Shown: one piece after another, positions 31,201 to 37,960 of the stretch
Numbering within the stretch: position 1 is the stretch's first letter
Layout of the letters: each line of letters starts with the position of its first letter
IMG/VR virus record: IMGVR_UViG_3300032304_000721
Span: 10,097-74,096 of that record
Strand: one strand, 5' to 3'
DNA from: a virus
Length of the DNA stretch: 64,000 nt
Notes under the pieces: model-generated
The model's database searches: none
The model's input: the letters and a program-made list of their open reading frames with translations, nothing else
Told to the model about the DNA's origin: nothing
Program-made: the position numbers and the translations under genes

Positions 31201-34090
31201 GTACTAGACTAGGAGTAACTGCGGTTTGCCAGCCAAACTCTCGATCAAATGTAACTCTGGTACTGTATTCGCGCACAAAGCCAGTACTGAGTGGAACTGT
31301 TTGTCCAGAACTGTTTATGGTATAGTTAAACGAATCCTTGTAAAAATTGTTATCAAAAACAATGTCGCCGATGTTGGTCAAGCTAAGATAAGTCAGTGGA
31401 AATCCTAGTACTAAATCAGGATCAGCATTGCCTATGGCATAACTGAATAAAGGACTGCCTGTGAAGTTTGTGCTAGGGTAGATAGCACGGTCGCCAAAGC
31501 TAACACCGTTAGTGTCGTAGATATCAAACAACGGAGGTTGGTTTACACTGATTTTTTGTTGTGCTTTGATCCAGGCCACACCATCATAGTAGTACGATAA
31601 TCCTTTTTCAGTGTTGCCACTACGGATCACGGTTGTTTGATCTACCAGTGCTGTGGCAATAGGTGTTAATACAATCACCGGTACATCTACAATGGTAGAA
31701 TCTTCAGCATTGGTGTTGGTGATGACAAATTGCACCTCGTACACTGTTCTACGAACTTCTAGATCTAAATCTGCGGCAAAAATAATTGTGCTGCCGTTGA
31801 TCAAAGTGTACCCGTCGGTTCCATAGCCAAGAGAGCCGTTGACATTGCTTAAAGCGTCGGTTTGTACAGTGTCAATAATGTCTACCGGTGCTAGACCGTC
31901 GGTACCAAAATCAAACAGTCTTGTACCAGCACGGTATTCCAGGATTGGCCTGCGGGCACGGAACGCATTGTTCAACACAGGTGTTGTGTTATTGTATTCT
32001 GCACTGGCTGTAATTACATCAATGTGACACCAACGATTACTACGTGTCCAAGCATTAAGATCTGGACTTGCGCGGTTGATGGTTAAGTAATCTGGCACTG
32101 TAGGTTGATTTAGATTTCCATCAAAGTTGCCAAAATCGTAGGGTGTAGTATCGAACGGAATTGTTTGGTCATTAGTGTAGGTTTCTGGAGTAACATAATC
32201 AAGTACTGATAACAATTGTATTGCTGTGCCTACTCCTTCTACATAATATTCGTTATTTTGATAACTTGCAGGATAAACATTGCCACGGAATACTACCTTC
32301 ATACCATTAGTAAAAGTTACTCCATTTGGACTAGTATAAGTGGGCGATCCGATAATAGTATCAACATCAATGGTGGTCGACATATCAAGATCAATTATGT
32401 TAAATCGTCCTACTATTTCTGGATCAGTGCCATCCTGGTAAAATAAAACATTTTTGTCAGCAGTAAGCAATGGAATCTGTTCAAAAAATCCATCTGAGTT
32501 TTTGTACCATCCTGTACTGGAATACTCAGTGCCAAAACCAACTGTAAATTTATTTTCAAGATCTACATTTTCTACAAATTGTAGTGACATGTAGGTGCCG
32601 CCGCCCACAGCAGTTAGATACTGTATGCGCCATACGCTGTATTGTGTAGCTTGGTCTGTGATATAGGTAGTTTGGTCAAACGTAGTGGAGTCAAACGATC
32701 CAATCCCACTTTCCACATTGCCTGCATTAAGCAAAGGATCAAAAAATGTAGTCTGCTGCCAGCCCCCGGTAAGGGGATTTGAATCCTGTGTAATAAACGC
32801 AATGGTGCGATTTTGTAAATTTGTAATACCATCAATACCATTACGATTGGCCGCAAAAAATGGTTCTAAGAACTGATTATTGATTTGATCAAATTGTAAA
32901 TCAGTAACCAAGTCCACCGTACCAATACTGGGCATATTGTAGTAAAAATTCTGTGCGTTGGCCAAAGGCACGTTGAATGTAACTGTACCTAGATCTTCGC
33001 CGTTGTTTTCTACACCCAAGACATCTCGACTACTGATGTTAGGAGTAGCAATTACACGACCGTCAACTCCCGGGTCGGATTGTATAAAAAATCCAGGACC
33101 TGTTGTGCGCGGAGCAGAATAGTCAAAGCTGCCTGCTTCGTTAGTAATCTGTCCTGAGTCAAAATCAGTAGTGTCAAACGGTTGAGTTGATCCTGGATTT
33201 ACTACAGTAAACTGCCCACGCAAATTAAATTGTATATCATTACAATAGTACAGTGTATCGGGTGCGTCTTGTGGTACTGTGAATGTGATTAGACCAGTAG
33301 CCGCACCGTTGTTAAATACTCCGTCTGAATATATGTTTGTAGTTCCTAAACTAAGCTCGGTCTTGATAAAGAATGACCATGGAAAAGTTTGAGTTAAATT
33401 GAACACATAGGTATTGCCACGAATCAAAGTTAATGTTGGATTGGGTGAAAAATCTATGTTCCAACTGCTGGTATCGTTGTTGGTCACACGGAAATTGACG
33501 GTTTCTGTTTGATTCTGAGCTACATTAAAAGTATAGCTGCCGCCGCGAACCAAGGTAATTGTTGGGTTGTCACCGGCGATGCCTGAAAAAGTATATACTC
33601 CATTGGCTCTAGTAACTGTAAAGCTATCAGTTAGCGGAATATCTGTGGCTGACACATCCACTGCTAACGGGCCGCCTGGAAGCCAATAGTACTGGGCATA
33701 GTTTACAAATTTGTCAAAATCAACAAATGGATCCCAAGTATAATAGTCACTGGTGTAAAGTCTATCAGCATTGTTGGTAACGGCACCTTGTAATTGCAGT
33801 GCATCGTTGATGCCGGGATAAGTTATGGCATCCACTACCTTGCGAGTGTCTTCAGGATTAACCTGTACTACTCCTGGCTCCAGTTGATAGTCTGTACGAG
33901 TCTTGGTAGGCTCAACCACATACCGGTCATTGGCATTGACTCCAGGACCAATTCGACGTCCAATAAATCCTTGTGTTTGCGTATATTCTGGATTCTGGAT
34001 CAACTGATCTAGAGTAGCAGACAAAAACTGTTTGTTAATTGGCGTTTGAAATATTTCTGGCAGGAATTCTACACTGCGAACTTGTTTCAT
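19268..34090 (-). CDS. Giant 4940-aa baseplate/adhesin protein (gp7-position) with FG-GAP propeller and CBM-like repeats
   Basis: Uninterrupted ORF coupled (TAATG) to gp6; seven FG...GAP-like blades; three W-x-A-(N/D)-x-x-Y-x-x-G repeats. Confidence 0.75.
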   Translation of the reverse strand: MKQVRSVEFLPEIFQTPINKQFLSATLDQLIQNPEYTQTQGFIGRRIGPGVNANDRYVVEPTKTRTDYQLEPGVVQVNPEDTRKVVDAITYPGINDALQLQGAVTNNADRLYTSDYYTWDPFVDFDKFVNYAQYYWLPGGPLAVDVSATDIPLTDSFTVTRANGVYTFSGIAGDNPTITLVRGGSYTFNVAQNQTETVNFRVTNNDTSSWNIDFSPNPTLTLIRGNTYVFNLTQTFPWSFFIKTELSLGTTNIYSDGVFNNGAATGLITFTVPQDAPDTLYYCNDIQFNLRGQFTVVNPGSTQPFDTTDFDSGQITNEAGSFDYSAPRTTGPGFFIQSDPGVDGRVIATPNISSRDVLGVENNGEDLGTVTFNVPLANAQNFYYNMPSIGTVDLVTDLQFDQINNQFLEPFFAANRNGIDGITNLQNRTIAFITQDSNPLTGGWQQTTFFDPLLNAGNVESGIGSFDSTTFDQTTYITDQATQYSVWRIQYLTAVGGGTYMSLQFVENVDLENKFTVGFGTEYSSTGWYKNSDGFFEQIPLLTADKNVLFYQDGTDPEIVGRFNIIDLDMSTTIDVDTIIGSPTYTSPNGVTFTNGMKVVFRGNVYPASYQNNEYYVEGVGTAIQLLSVLDYVTPETYTNDQTIPFDTTPYDFGNFDGNLNQPTVPDYLTINRASPDLNAWTRSNRWCHIDVITASAEYNNTTPVLNNAFRARRPILEYRAGTRLFDFGTDGLAPVDIIDTVQTDALSNVNGSLGYGTDGYTLINGSTIIFAADLDLEVRRTVYEVQFVITNTNAEDSTIVDVPVIVLTPIATALVDQTTVIRSGNTEKGLSYYYDGVAWIKAQQKISVNQPPLFDIYDTNGVSFGDRAIYPSTNFTGSPLFSYAIGNADPDLVLGFPLTYLSLTNIGDIVFDNNFYKDSFNYTINSSGQTVPLSTGFVREYSTRVTFDREFGWQTAVTPSLVRQQFQFTYDGSPLLLDVAVNANTTVPAVQIYANGQFQEAYNYQYTVGSNTTTINLLTTYVPGDLIEVTVLSDQVSVAGFYEVPINLENNPLNGNSNQFTLGTIRNHYIGLAENLIALQGPAIGPNNTRDLGNIVPYGLQILQQSSPLTLTGYFMRDANYDIFASLAYNSTEYIKFKSQLLNAVTTFGIADYDNWTVAKLLDQSIAQITAGRTDLNPFYWSDMLPTGTVFTSNSYTVNPITTNTFNTTQTYSFTESNYLGLCVYVNDVLLTRNYQYVVSTEGPTLTISIPLTVGDVVTINEYADTAGNFVPNTPTKLGLYPKYEPKIFLDEDYVNPTPVIQGHDGSITVAFGDIRDQVLLEFEQRIFSNLKNDGNPPPLVAEDVIPGYFRTTDYTQAEVTQILGENFLAWVGANKLDYTAQTYIADNEFTYNYSQAGNRLDQAPLLGAWRGIYRYFYDTLTPNITPWEMLGLSEQPEWWENTYGPAPYTSDNLVLWEDLAAGLVKDPVVPYINPKYIRSELTDVIPVDSQGQLLPPFYSVMGAYNPQGFVKSWQVGDGGPVEASWWSSSSYPFAVMRLLILTRPAEFFSLFADRDLYKYSAEFDQYLYKGRYRIQPQNIQVYGNGVSKASYINWIVDYNQQLGIDSTDALTTDLANLDVRLCYRAASFITQQNLAMYLEKGSPNSQNSSLLIPPESYNLLLYKNQPFNRINYSAVIVEVVDGGYSVYGYSTVNPYFSTLASQVAGLTQTLTGGNISVTVPKQYTDRTVQIPYGYTFTNLTSVVDFLLSYGQYLASQGLTFIAQENGYTLNWIQMAQEFLYFANQGWATGTIINLNPSATQVISFRAGAVVDSIVTYTPENLLLDQNRQAFNARNLIIQREGNTFTLNPEPSGNQTISYLQLKFTDYEDMVVLDNRTIFNDLIYNTVTGERQSRLKLIAATSTQWNGTLNAQGFILNQNNVVAWKANTKYTKGDIVIYKNSYWQAATIVQPKLKFEYADWYKSNYDAVQQGLLQNLATKADQLANSYNTQTANLNRDNDLLAYNLIGFNPRQYMVDLDLSDTSQISLYQQFIKTKGTTQATDLFTQVNFNELSAQYNIYENWGILVGTYGANANRSWFEIALNEAVLTGNPSTVQIVQPGTESQADQAILLSNLWAESYAIPNTNILPTTYSTDSDTALPTAGYVNINDVDITVFNLNDPNNIAANLSTVGNGTTIWVAQDNSYDWNIYQCAQVTGRVTQITDNLNGTSRAQFSTTVDLAVGDLIIIRYFSDVVDGVYRVLSRPTIDTVVIQYAFTNSNQTTLTGVGIAFYLQTMRVAQASDVSTLPYVNQLIPGATAWVDNDGSGHWQVLQKTNPFASIDTLSANNPEVNSLFGTSVSQSANNYALLVGAPAAANGAGSVYTYRLGDVNDYVENTDLLLLATDTSGYGCSVDFGNRTWAVAGANTSNSGAGYATILYLVPGSNDYIQTQLLVAPDENFSATGFGTAVQISDNERWMYISAPEANQVYAYGRVDVPNQSVTYVTDGTTATFVYNNDIMIDPTYPDQLLVTFNNSLQVYGTDYIINDVLVQFLNPPSANNVVRIRRRSSVQLDFETYLGVVQNSTTGAGSGATFTVTNTRGDYSVSLSAPGINYVVGNQLTISYLQVDPTGSAANNITVTVTEVTSGGITGFTWTGNGVDNTSVFSLTNYLYTVTTYDSFTVLVDGVLQRPYIDYTFSSGTLTFVTVPAPGAIIAVQSATVGAYWQYVNTLDSNYYPITVDPNAQLGHSLTTNTVGTQILAGAPYDSAVDAEGDTIPNAGAVYAFDRSVVRYIITDASQLIYAIPGDYDNPVAVVLNNQYLTDTAQYINGQFTINGSTIVLSSSVSLTVGDTLEIETNQFQFVQRFTADNVIDESQFGHSIDICPTSCSVYVGAPLDSSASGVPQAGMVERQVNQSRLYGIITSTVANPTLIAGDTIRINHIEVAVPNSPNNTVAGLVAAINSAGIPNVVAANATNVILTGDGITKIFNVGNIYSAASAYTTLVYIDDVLQTAGVNYSYNNTLQQIAFVSTPVLGAEILVVAGRMTVSVINLAAAEQFNKLTVLPGVAADDSTIGSAFYDLGFVTYAYAQTITSPAPTDFAQFGAAVNVNSSATNLVVGAPNGSVYEPTTFDAGKTYFDDRSTTFFGFISNSGVVFTYDFLPSADSSVANPGQFVFGQQVYTTTLATGDLFGTAVNYRNGRLLVGAPGSDLGDSTGNYGGVSVLNNANDAAVWQVIYSQQPMVDVNLINSVYSYDKLLNSTQTYFDFIDPLQGKILGVARRNIDYIGAVDPASYNTGTVHNIGTSWGPSHEGEIWWDTNSVRFIDANQDNIDYASRRWGQVFPGSTIDIYQWIASSVPPVNYTGTGTPLSTTSYTVYSSINNQGLLITTYYFWVAGINTVATAQGKTLSATAIASYILNPLSSGLPYIAALSANSVAIYNADTLLSAFDTILHIEYDRQAPGGDNDIHTEYAFIADGKADAFLNANLYRKFLDSFCGVTTAGAAVPDPLLSPGMQYGVQFRPRQSMFVNRFTALENYLGYANTVLAQYPISETRSFNLLNSSEPTPAANTGAWDFEVATLEILAYQDLNVVPIGYLYLVQTDTSQNGRWTIYEVALGTLPGERVLNLVQVQNYDTPLYWNYINWYLPGYNSSIQPVATVANTAGLQTLSLSTAPVGSSVKVTANGQGKFEIYLRTALGWDRVGLEDGTIEFSSVLWDYTAGGFGFDVEVFDANYFDQEPVIETRQIIKAINEELFIDDLLINRNQALILTFKFIYSEFTSPNWLFKSSYINVDHVIRGLLPYELYQPDNQTFVLDYLNEVKPYHVQNLAFNLIYDGIDTYPGALTDYDVPAYWNTTLDLPQFISPVLTPYTYSDSVNQSFISDAASNAQIWLERPWSDWFNNYTLSVDSIAVIDTTTTYVTVPVITIGAEWQANTAYTVGEQIAYRNNLYTVTVAGTTNSTAPTVTAGSVVNGTVTLTYTGPRAQATAVLRANRTISTVTVTVAGSGYLTTPLIAINGTYPNFTTSAIKLVPVMGNNLVRSIKTTIKYDRYQYVTTIYEWQADVVYAEGEQVRWNNLVWSADATQSSSVFVVEDWTLVDADSLSGVDRTMGFYVPTVNMPGLSLPLLIDGVSYPGVQVDAPDFNQNTGFDVGNYDINPFDNISFDENGRPTYDPAILDARYSSQYIDPYLGTRATDINVDGGEYVGPYSSHAPEELVPGSEFDTLDLRVYTRPGADWLQRGHGFPSANVKYTLSLSELSLSFAGLLPYTALVTVANQTQSIDLHLGSDYTVDYVAQTVTMIPGGNVQAGNVIVITAYEIGGGNQLYKNIYNGADVGNTVTVPVAYYTATGSEQIQEFVIFVNGVITTDYTYAADGDQNTTVTFDTTYTNTDSITLYVIAPTVVNATTIDYSWSMPQTQLINGVTSVLTYTLDNNLEYVNPDSVIVTVNGVRARTAAGIRHIGDGSTAYTLPDRLGFSQSLIVDNEVHVYVDNEPQILLVDFILEPYDGTPREVIFITEPPVDSEILIYVITNTQCYVNGNQLVFNLGNGLVPVTGDVIAVTTWNDTRQQQILSQCFVGPVTTGVTVVEPYDSTDFDVGLITNAPGSYDYSSGITVTANNLDMGVVITDPDRLLVSLNGRRLFNNIGFTVSGTEVILTSGILSAADVVMITQFTNFVVPESMAFRIFQDMRGVQATYRITPETTTTTTAAVTVNADIIYVDNANTLAEPNFDINVWGVATIDAERIMYRYRDTVNNTISGLMRGTAGTAVTAHDNGAIVYNMGRGNLLPEQYQDYIVSTSTLGDGTTTVFTADNINLTPEDSTLRLDALEVYVGGFKQSEHFIGDGSTVGFALTGIVALTDSIVTVNGAVQTNVTDYSITETTLTFVTAPEAESIVQVSGYTLVASNPAEIVFETAPATGSEVTMLVRRGVTWYEQGTGTASNGNPLQITETQAARFLRGL

Positions 34091-37000
34091 TAAATTACTC
34101 CACTGCCAGGCGCAGTCTGTAGATTAGTGCTGGTCAAGGCAGTGATAACTTCTATATCATTCACTGTGGCTCCGTTAACAAAAATTTGATTAGGAGCCGA
34201 TCTAATTTCATATAGGTCACCAAAACTCTTTTGTGTGTCCAGCGGAACTAATACTACACTGCTGACAACGTCAGAAATGTTTTGATGGATGTAGGCTGCA
34301 AGTTCACTAAAGTAGAAAGTGTCACCAAAGTTCCAATTGTCCAGACTAAAATACGCATTTATGTTGGACACTACTAAATTCTTGATAGTGCTGACACTGG
34401 CAGTGCTGCCAAATGCTCGAATGACCTTAATTGTGGCTCTCAATGCTGGCTCGGCCTTTTGTCCAAACAAGGGCTGAAAATCTACTGTATTAAGAATCAT
34501 GTTGTCAGATATCATTTTGTAATTTTGCAAGCCTTGATAAGCAGTATTTAACTCATCTATAGTTGGAGCCGAGGGCTCTGTAACAGTACCGGTAGTGTCT
34601 TGTAACCAATTGATATAGGCAGTGTAATAAGCATTGGTGACCACGTACACATCAATAATGTTGGTAGATCCTGGATCAATTCTGCTGGTCAGCGGACTAT
34701 TGTGACGATACTGGAAGTACAAGTCTTGACGACCTACACGGGCTATGTAATCATAGGTCACAGTTAGTGTAGGATTGTCTAAGCTATCTACTCCTAGGAT
34801 GTAAAATGTTCCAGCTGTATAATTAATTGTGGTGGCACTGGTAGGATTATAAGCATAAAATACTTGGCCAGTCACATACTGTGTCTGCACTGCTTGTATG
34901 TCTGCTAAAGTTGCATAATCACTGTTGATTATGCCTGCTTCAATTAACAAATAACGTTGCAAGTTATCAAAGTCCACTGTGGCTTGGAAGAATACTAATT
35001 TCTGAGTAGAATCTACCGCGGGTGCAACAATTTCGTCAAAGAAATCTGGATTGACTGGTGCCGCATCTCCACCGGTTCTATCAAAACTAACCACAACCTG
35101 GAAGTCGTCAACAAGCCCATCACTAAGCACAGGTTGGTCAATGATAGTCAGCACATTGTCTGCGCCCATTGGTGTAGCACTATCTGGTTGGCTGTTAACC
35201 TTGAGCACATTGATGTAATCACGGATTACTGTGCCTGTTCTGCTGTCGTAGATAGGATCACTGGTGTAAAAGAAAAATCTAGTTTGTAGAACACTACCAA
35301 AGTAATATTCTAAACTTCTTGAAACTACAGTGTAGGTTGATCCACTATAGGTGGCTTGTATTAACCAGCTAGCGTCAAGATTTGCACCTGCGGTGCTTTG
35401 TGCATTGGCTTGACTCCAATCTGCATTTACCGCAAGATTACTAGAAGTAATCACATACCAAGTGTCAGTAAGATTATTATATCCTAAGCCAAAGTTTTGA
35501 TTTAGAGCAATTTGAGCCACCACAGTTTGTTGCACACTGGTAGGAATGTCTGTGGTAAACACTGGAATCACTTGCACAGGAATTGCACCAGTGGGTACAT
35601 AATTATTTAATACCACTGGGCCAACACCCGATGGCAAATTGCCTAGACCTTGTGCTGTCCCTGCCAGATACACTGCTGTAGGACTAGCCCATATTGTAAG
35701 TTTTTCATCGGGCTGGATAGGTGTGCCAACAGCCAATCGATTGGTAGCAGTAAAATAATATCCAGTGGGCGCTGCAAACTCAACCAGGCTGCCTTCGGTA
35801 ATATATCGGCCACTGTTGCTGGTAAAGGTCCCAATGGCCACTGGATTGCCTAGTTCATTTTCAAAATAGCCTGTAGTTTCGTTGGTTATAGATGTACTTT
35901 GATTCCAGGTGTAGTTTAGTACCGCTAGATTAGGGCGTGGAAAATTAGCATAGTAAAATTGTTGCAGGCCTGCCCTCAGCGCCAACGGATTGATTTGATT
36001 GATTACCGCATCACTGATGTCATTTGTGGTCAACCAACTGAACTGAAACGTATACAGGTTATCAGATTCATACAAGGCGCCGTCGCTGGCAAATATGTTG
36101 GTGCTGGAATATTTTCCTGTTCCATCCACTAGGTCAAGATAGCGACTGGTTCCAATACTGGCACGATTGATGGCTGTACTTTTGAGAATGCTGGTGTATT
36201 GGGTAAATGGAAAGTTTGTGTAGTCTTCACCGTTAACCATGCGATTTTGCGTGTAGTACTGAGCTGGAGCACGTTGTTTGATCTCTGCAATAGTTTCACG
36301 TGCCTGAGCATTGGTCACTGGCTCTGTGATACCGCAAGTGAATGTCAGTGTTTCAATTTGTCCTGTACGACTTATGTAACTAATAGGTACAGCTACACTT
36401 TGCATTTCCACAGGATTGATAATGTAGGTCAGGCCGTTGCTGGCGCGAACATAGGTGCGGAACGTGCCAACCGGTATGGTGGCAAATATACCATCACCAA
36501 AATTTAAAGTAATTTGATCATTGGTTCTACTGCTGACACTATAGATATCTCTTGTGCCCGGGGCCAGCTGTTCTACTGCGGCCGCATATACGCTTTGCAC
36601 TCTTTCCCAAAGCCCTGCAATATTACCCAAGTTATCTAACTGATACAGCCAGATATCGGTGTTGTTGATGCCTTCAATGTTGATGGCCACTGCACGATTG
36701 TCAATTCGCTCAGGCAAATTAAAATCTTGATTTTGTAATACCCCTTGTTTGAACAAGAAGAAAAATCCTGTATTGTCGCTGAGGAATCCTTGTTGGTCGT
36801 TACGGAACAGCACATTGAACTGCCCGTTGGGCAATGGAGCCGGTTCGTAAACAAAATCTTCACCAATGGATGTGGCATTAACCACTTCAAATGGCATGTT
36901 CACAGTGTCTACTGTGGCTGTGTATGGAATTACTGGCAAGAATCCAGGCACTAGATTAATGGTGTATTCCTGTGTGTCTACCCCTAAAATTGTTTGTCGA

Positions 37001-37524
37001 TTACCGGGATTGCCAAATTTTTGTGCGTTGGTTAAACTGGCATTGATAATTGTGATAAACTGTTCTTGCCAGTCAAGATTTGTAGGGTCAGCCCAGTTGA
37101 CTGTAAGGTTGGCTAGATTAATGCCGTTGTAGTCAGTAAGACTTTCTGTAGTTGAGACAGAAAATACTTTAAGATATCCACTTGCTTCTGTGTTACGTTT
37201 GGCAGTATAACTAACTAAATTTGCAAGTTTAACAACACTGTCTCTGCGTTCTGCTGTGTCAAGGTAGTTTTCTCTTGTGTTTAAATCTGTGCGAAATGCT
37301 AGACTTTGGCCCATAAAAGCCATGACATCAAGCAGAGCAATAAACTCACTTGACTCAATATAATCGTTAAATGTTTCTGGGTAATACAGGCGCAAATAAT
37401 CCACAAAACTCTTGCGAAGTGTTTCAAAATCGTAGCTTTGAAAATCAGCTTCACGGTAGGTTTGATAGATTCGTTTCCAATCTTCAACACCAAAAATCAC
37501 AGTTTGTCTTGAGGTTGTGGCCAT
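34090..37524 (-). CDS. gp6: Baseplate wedge subunit, T4 gp6-like
   Basis: DFETLRKSFVDYL...FNDY...ENYLDTAERRDSVVKLA N-terminus and RAPAQYYTQNRMVNGEDY motif. Confidence 0.85.
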   Translation of the reverse strand: MATTSRQTVIFGVEDWKRIYQTYREADFQSYDFETLRKSFVDYLRLYYPETFNDYIESSEFIALLDVMAFMGQSLAFRTDLNTRENYLDTAERRDSVVKLANLVSYTAKRNTEASGYLKVFSVSTTESLTDYNGINLANLTVNWADPTNLDWQEQFITIINASLTNAQKFGNPGNRQTILGVDTQEYTINLVPGFLPVIPYTATVDTVNMPFEVVNATSIGEDFVYEPAPLPNGQFNVLFRNDQQGFLSDNTGFFFLFKQGVLQNQDFNLPERIDNRAVAINIEGINNTDIWLYQLDNLGNIAGLWERVQSVYAAAVEQLAPGTRDIYSVSSRTNDQITLNFGDGIFATIPVGTFRTYVRASNGLTYIINPVEMQSVAVPISYISRTGQIETLTFTCGITEPVTNAQARETIAEIKQRAPAQYYTQNRMVNGEDYTNFPFTQYTSILKSTAINRASIGTSRYLDLVDGTGKYSSTNIFASDGALYESDNLYTFQFSWLTTNDISDAVINQINPLALRAGLQQFYYANFPRPNLAVLNYTWNQSTSITNETTGYFENELGNPVAIGTFTSNSGRYITEGSLVEFAAPTGYYFTATNRLAVGTPIQPDEKLTIWASPTAVYLAGTAQGLGNLPSGVGPVVLNNYVPTGAIPVQVIPVFTTDIPTSVQQTVVAQIALNQNFGLGYNNLTDTWYVITSSNLAVNADWSQANAQSTAGANLDASWLIQATYSGSTYTVVSRSLEYYFGSVLQTRFFFYTSDPIYDSRTGTVIRDYINVLKVNSQPDSATPMGADNVLTIIDQPVLSDGLVDDFQVVVSFDRTGGDAAPVNPDFFDEIVAPAVDSTQKLVFFQATVDFDNLQRYLLIEAGIINSDYATLADIQAVQTQYVTGQVFYAYNPTSATTINYTAGTFYILGVDSLDNPTLTVTYDYIARVGRQDLYFQYRHNSPLTSRIDPGSTNIIDVYVVTNAYYTAYINWLQDTTGTVTEPSAPTIDELNTAYQGLQNYKMISDNMILNTVDFQPLFGQKAEPALRATIKVIRAFGSTASVSTIKNLVVSNINAYFSLDNWNFGDTFYFSELAAYIHQNISDVVSSVVLVPLDTQKSFGDLYEIRSAPNQIFVNGATVNDIEVITALTSTNLQTAPGSGVI

Positions 37525-37543
37525 AGTTATTCCAATGTTAAAG

Positions 37544-37549
37544 TATTTA
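37544..37549 (-). promoter_or_regulatory. Late promoter core TAAATA
   Basis: CATAAATAC upstream of gp6 start. Confidence 0.6.
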
Positions 37550-37570
37550 TGGAACTAATAATCTGGGTAG

Positions 37571-37945
37571 TTAAACGACGGTGGCTGTGCGTTGTTGCTG
37601 ATCAAAAAACAGGCTTAACTGTTGCGCTGTAGTACTGGGTGCCACTGCCAATCCTAGTTGTATTAGGATGCCGTTTTGTTGAGGGAATATCTGTATGCCA
37701 CTAATATAGAGCCTAGGATCTCCAGCACACACACGCTGTATTTCTGTGTAGATTGCCGATTCTGTTTCAGGAGTCTGATTTTCAAACAGGTAATTCCAGA
37801 TCACTGTTCCGTAGCCAGGACGACCTACTAGTTCGCCTTGACGTATGTTAAAGGCATTGAGTAGGTCAATTTTGATCAGATCAAAGTCCACGGCAGTGAA
37901 TTTTTTGTTTTGACCTATGGTGTTGAATCCAATAAATGTGGGCAT
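37571..37945 (-). CDS. gp25: Baseplate wedge subunit, T4 gp25-like (GPW/gp25)
   Basis: LIKIDLLNAFNIRQGELVGRPGYGTVIWNYLFE...DPR motif. Confidence 0.85.
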   Translation of the reverse strand: MPTFIGFNTIGQNKKFTAVDFDLIKIDLLNAFNIRQGELVGRPGYGTVIWNYLFENQTPETESAIYTEIQRVCAGDPRLYISGIQIFPQQNGILIQLGLAVAPSTTAQQLSLFFDQQQRTATVV

Positions 37946-37949
37946 GTTG

Positions 37950-37955
37950 TATTTA
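37950..37955 (-). promoter_or_regulatory. Late promoter core TAAATA
   Basis: AGTAAATAC, 4 nt upstream of gp25 ATG. Confidence 0.6.
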
Positions 37956-37960
37956 CTCTA

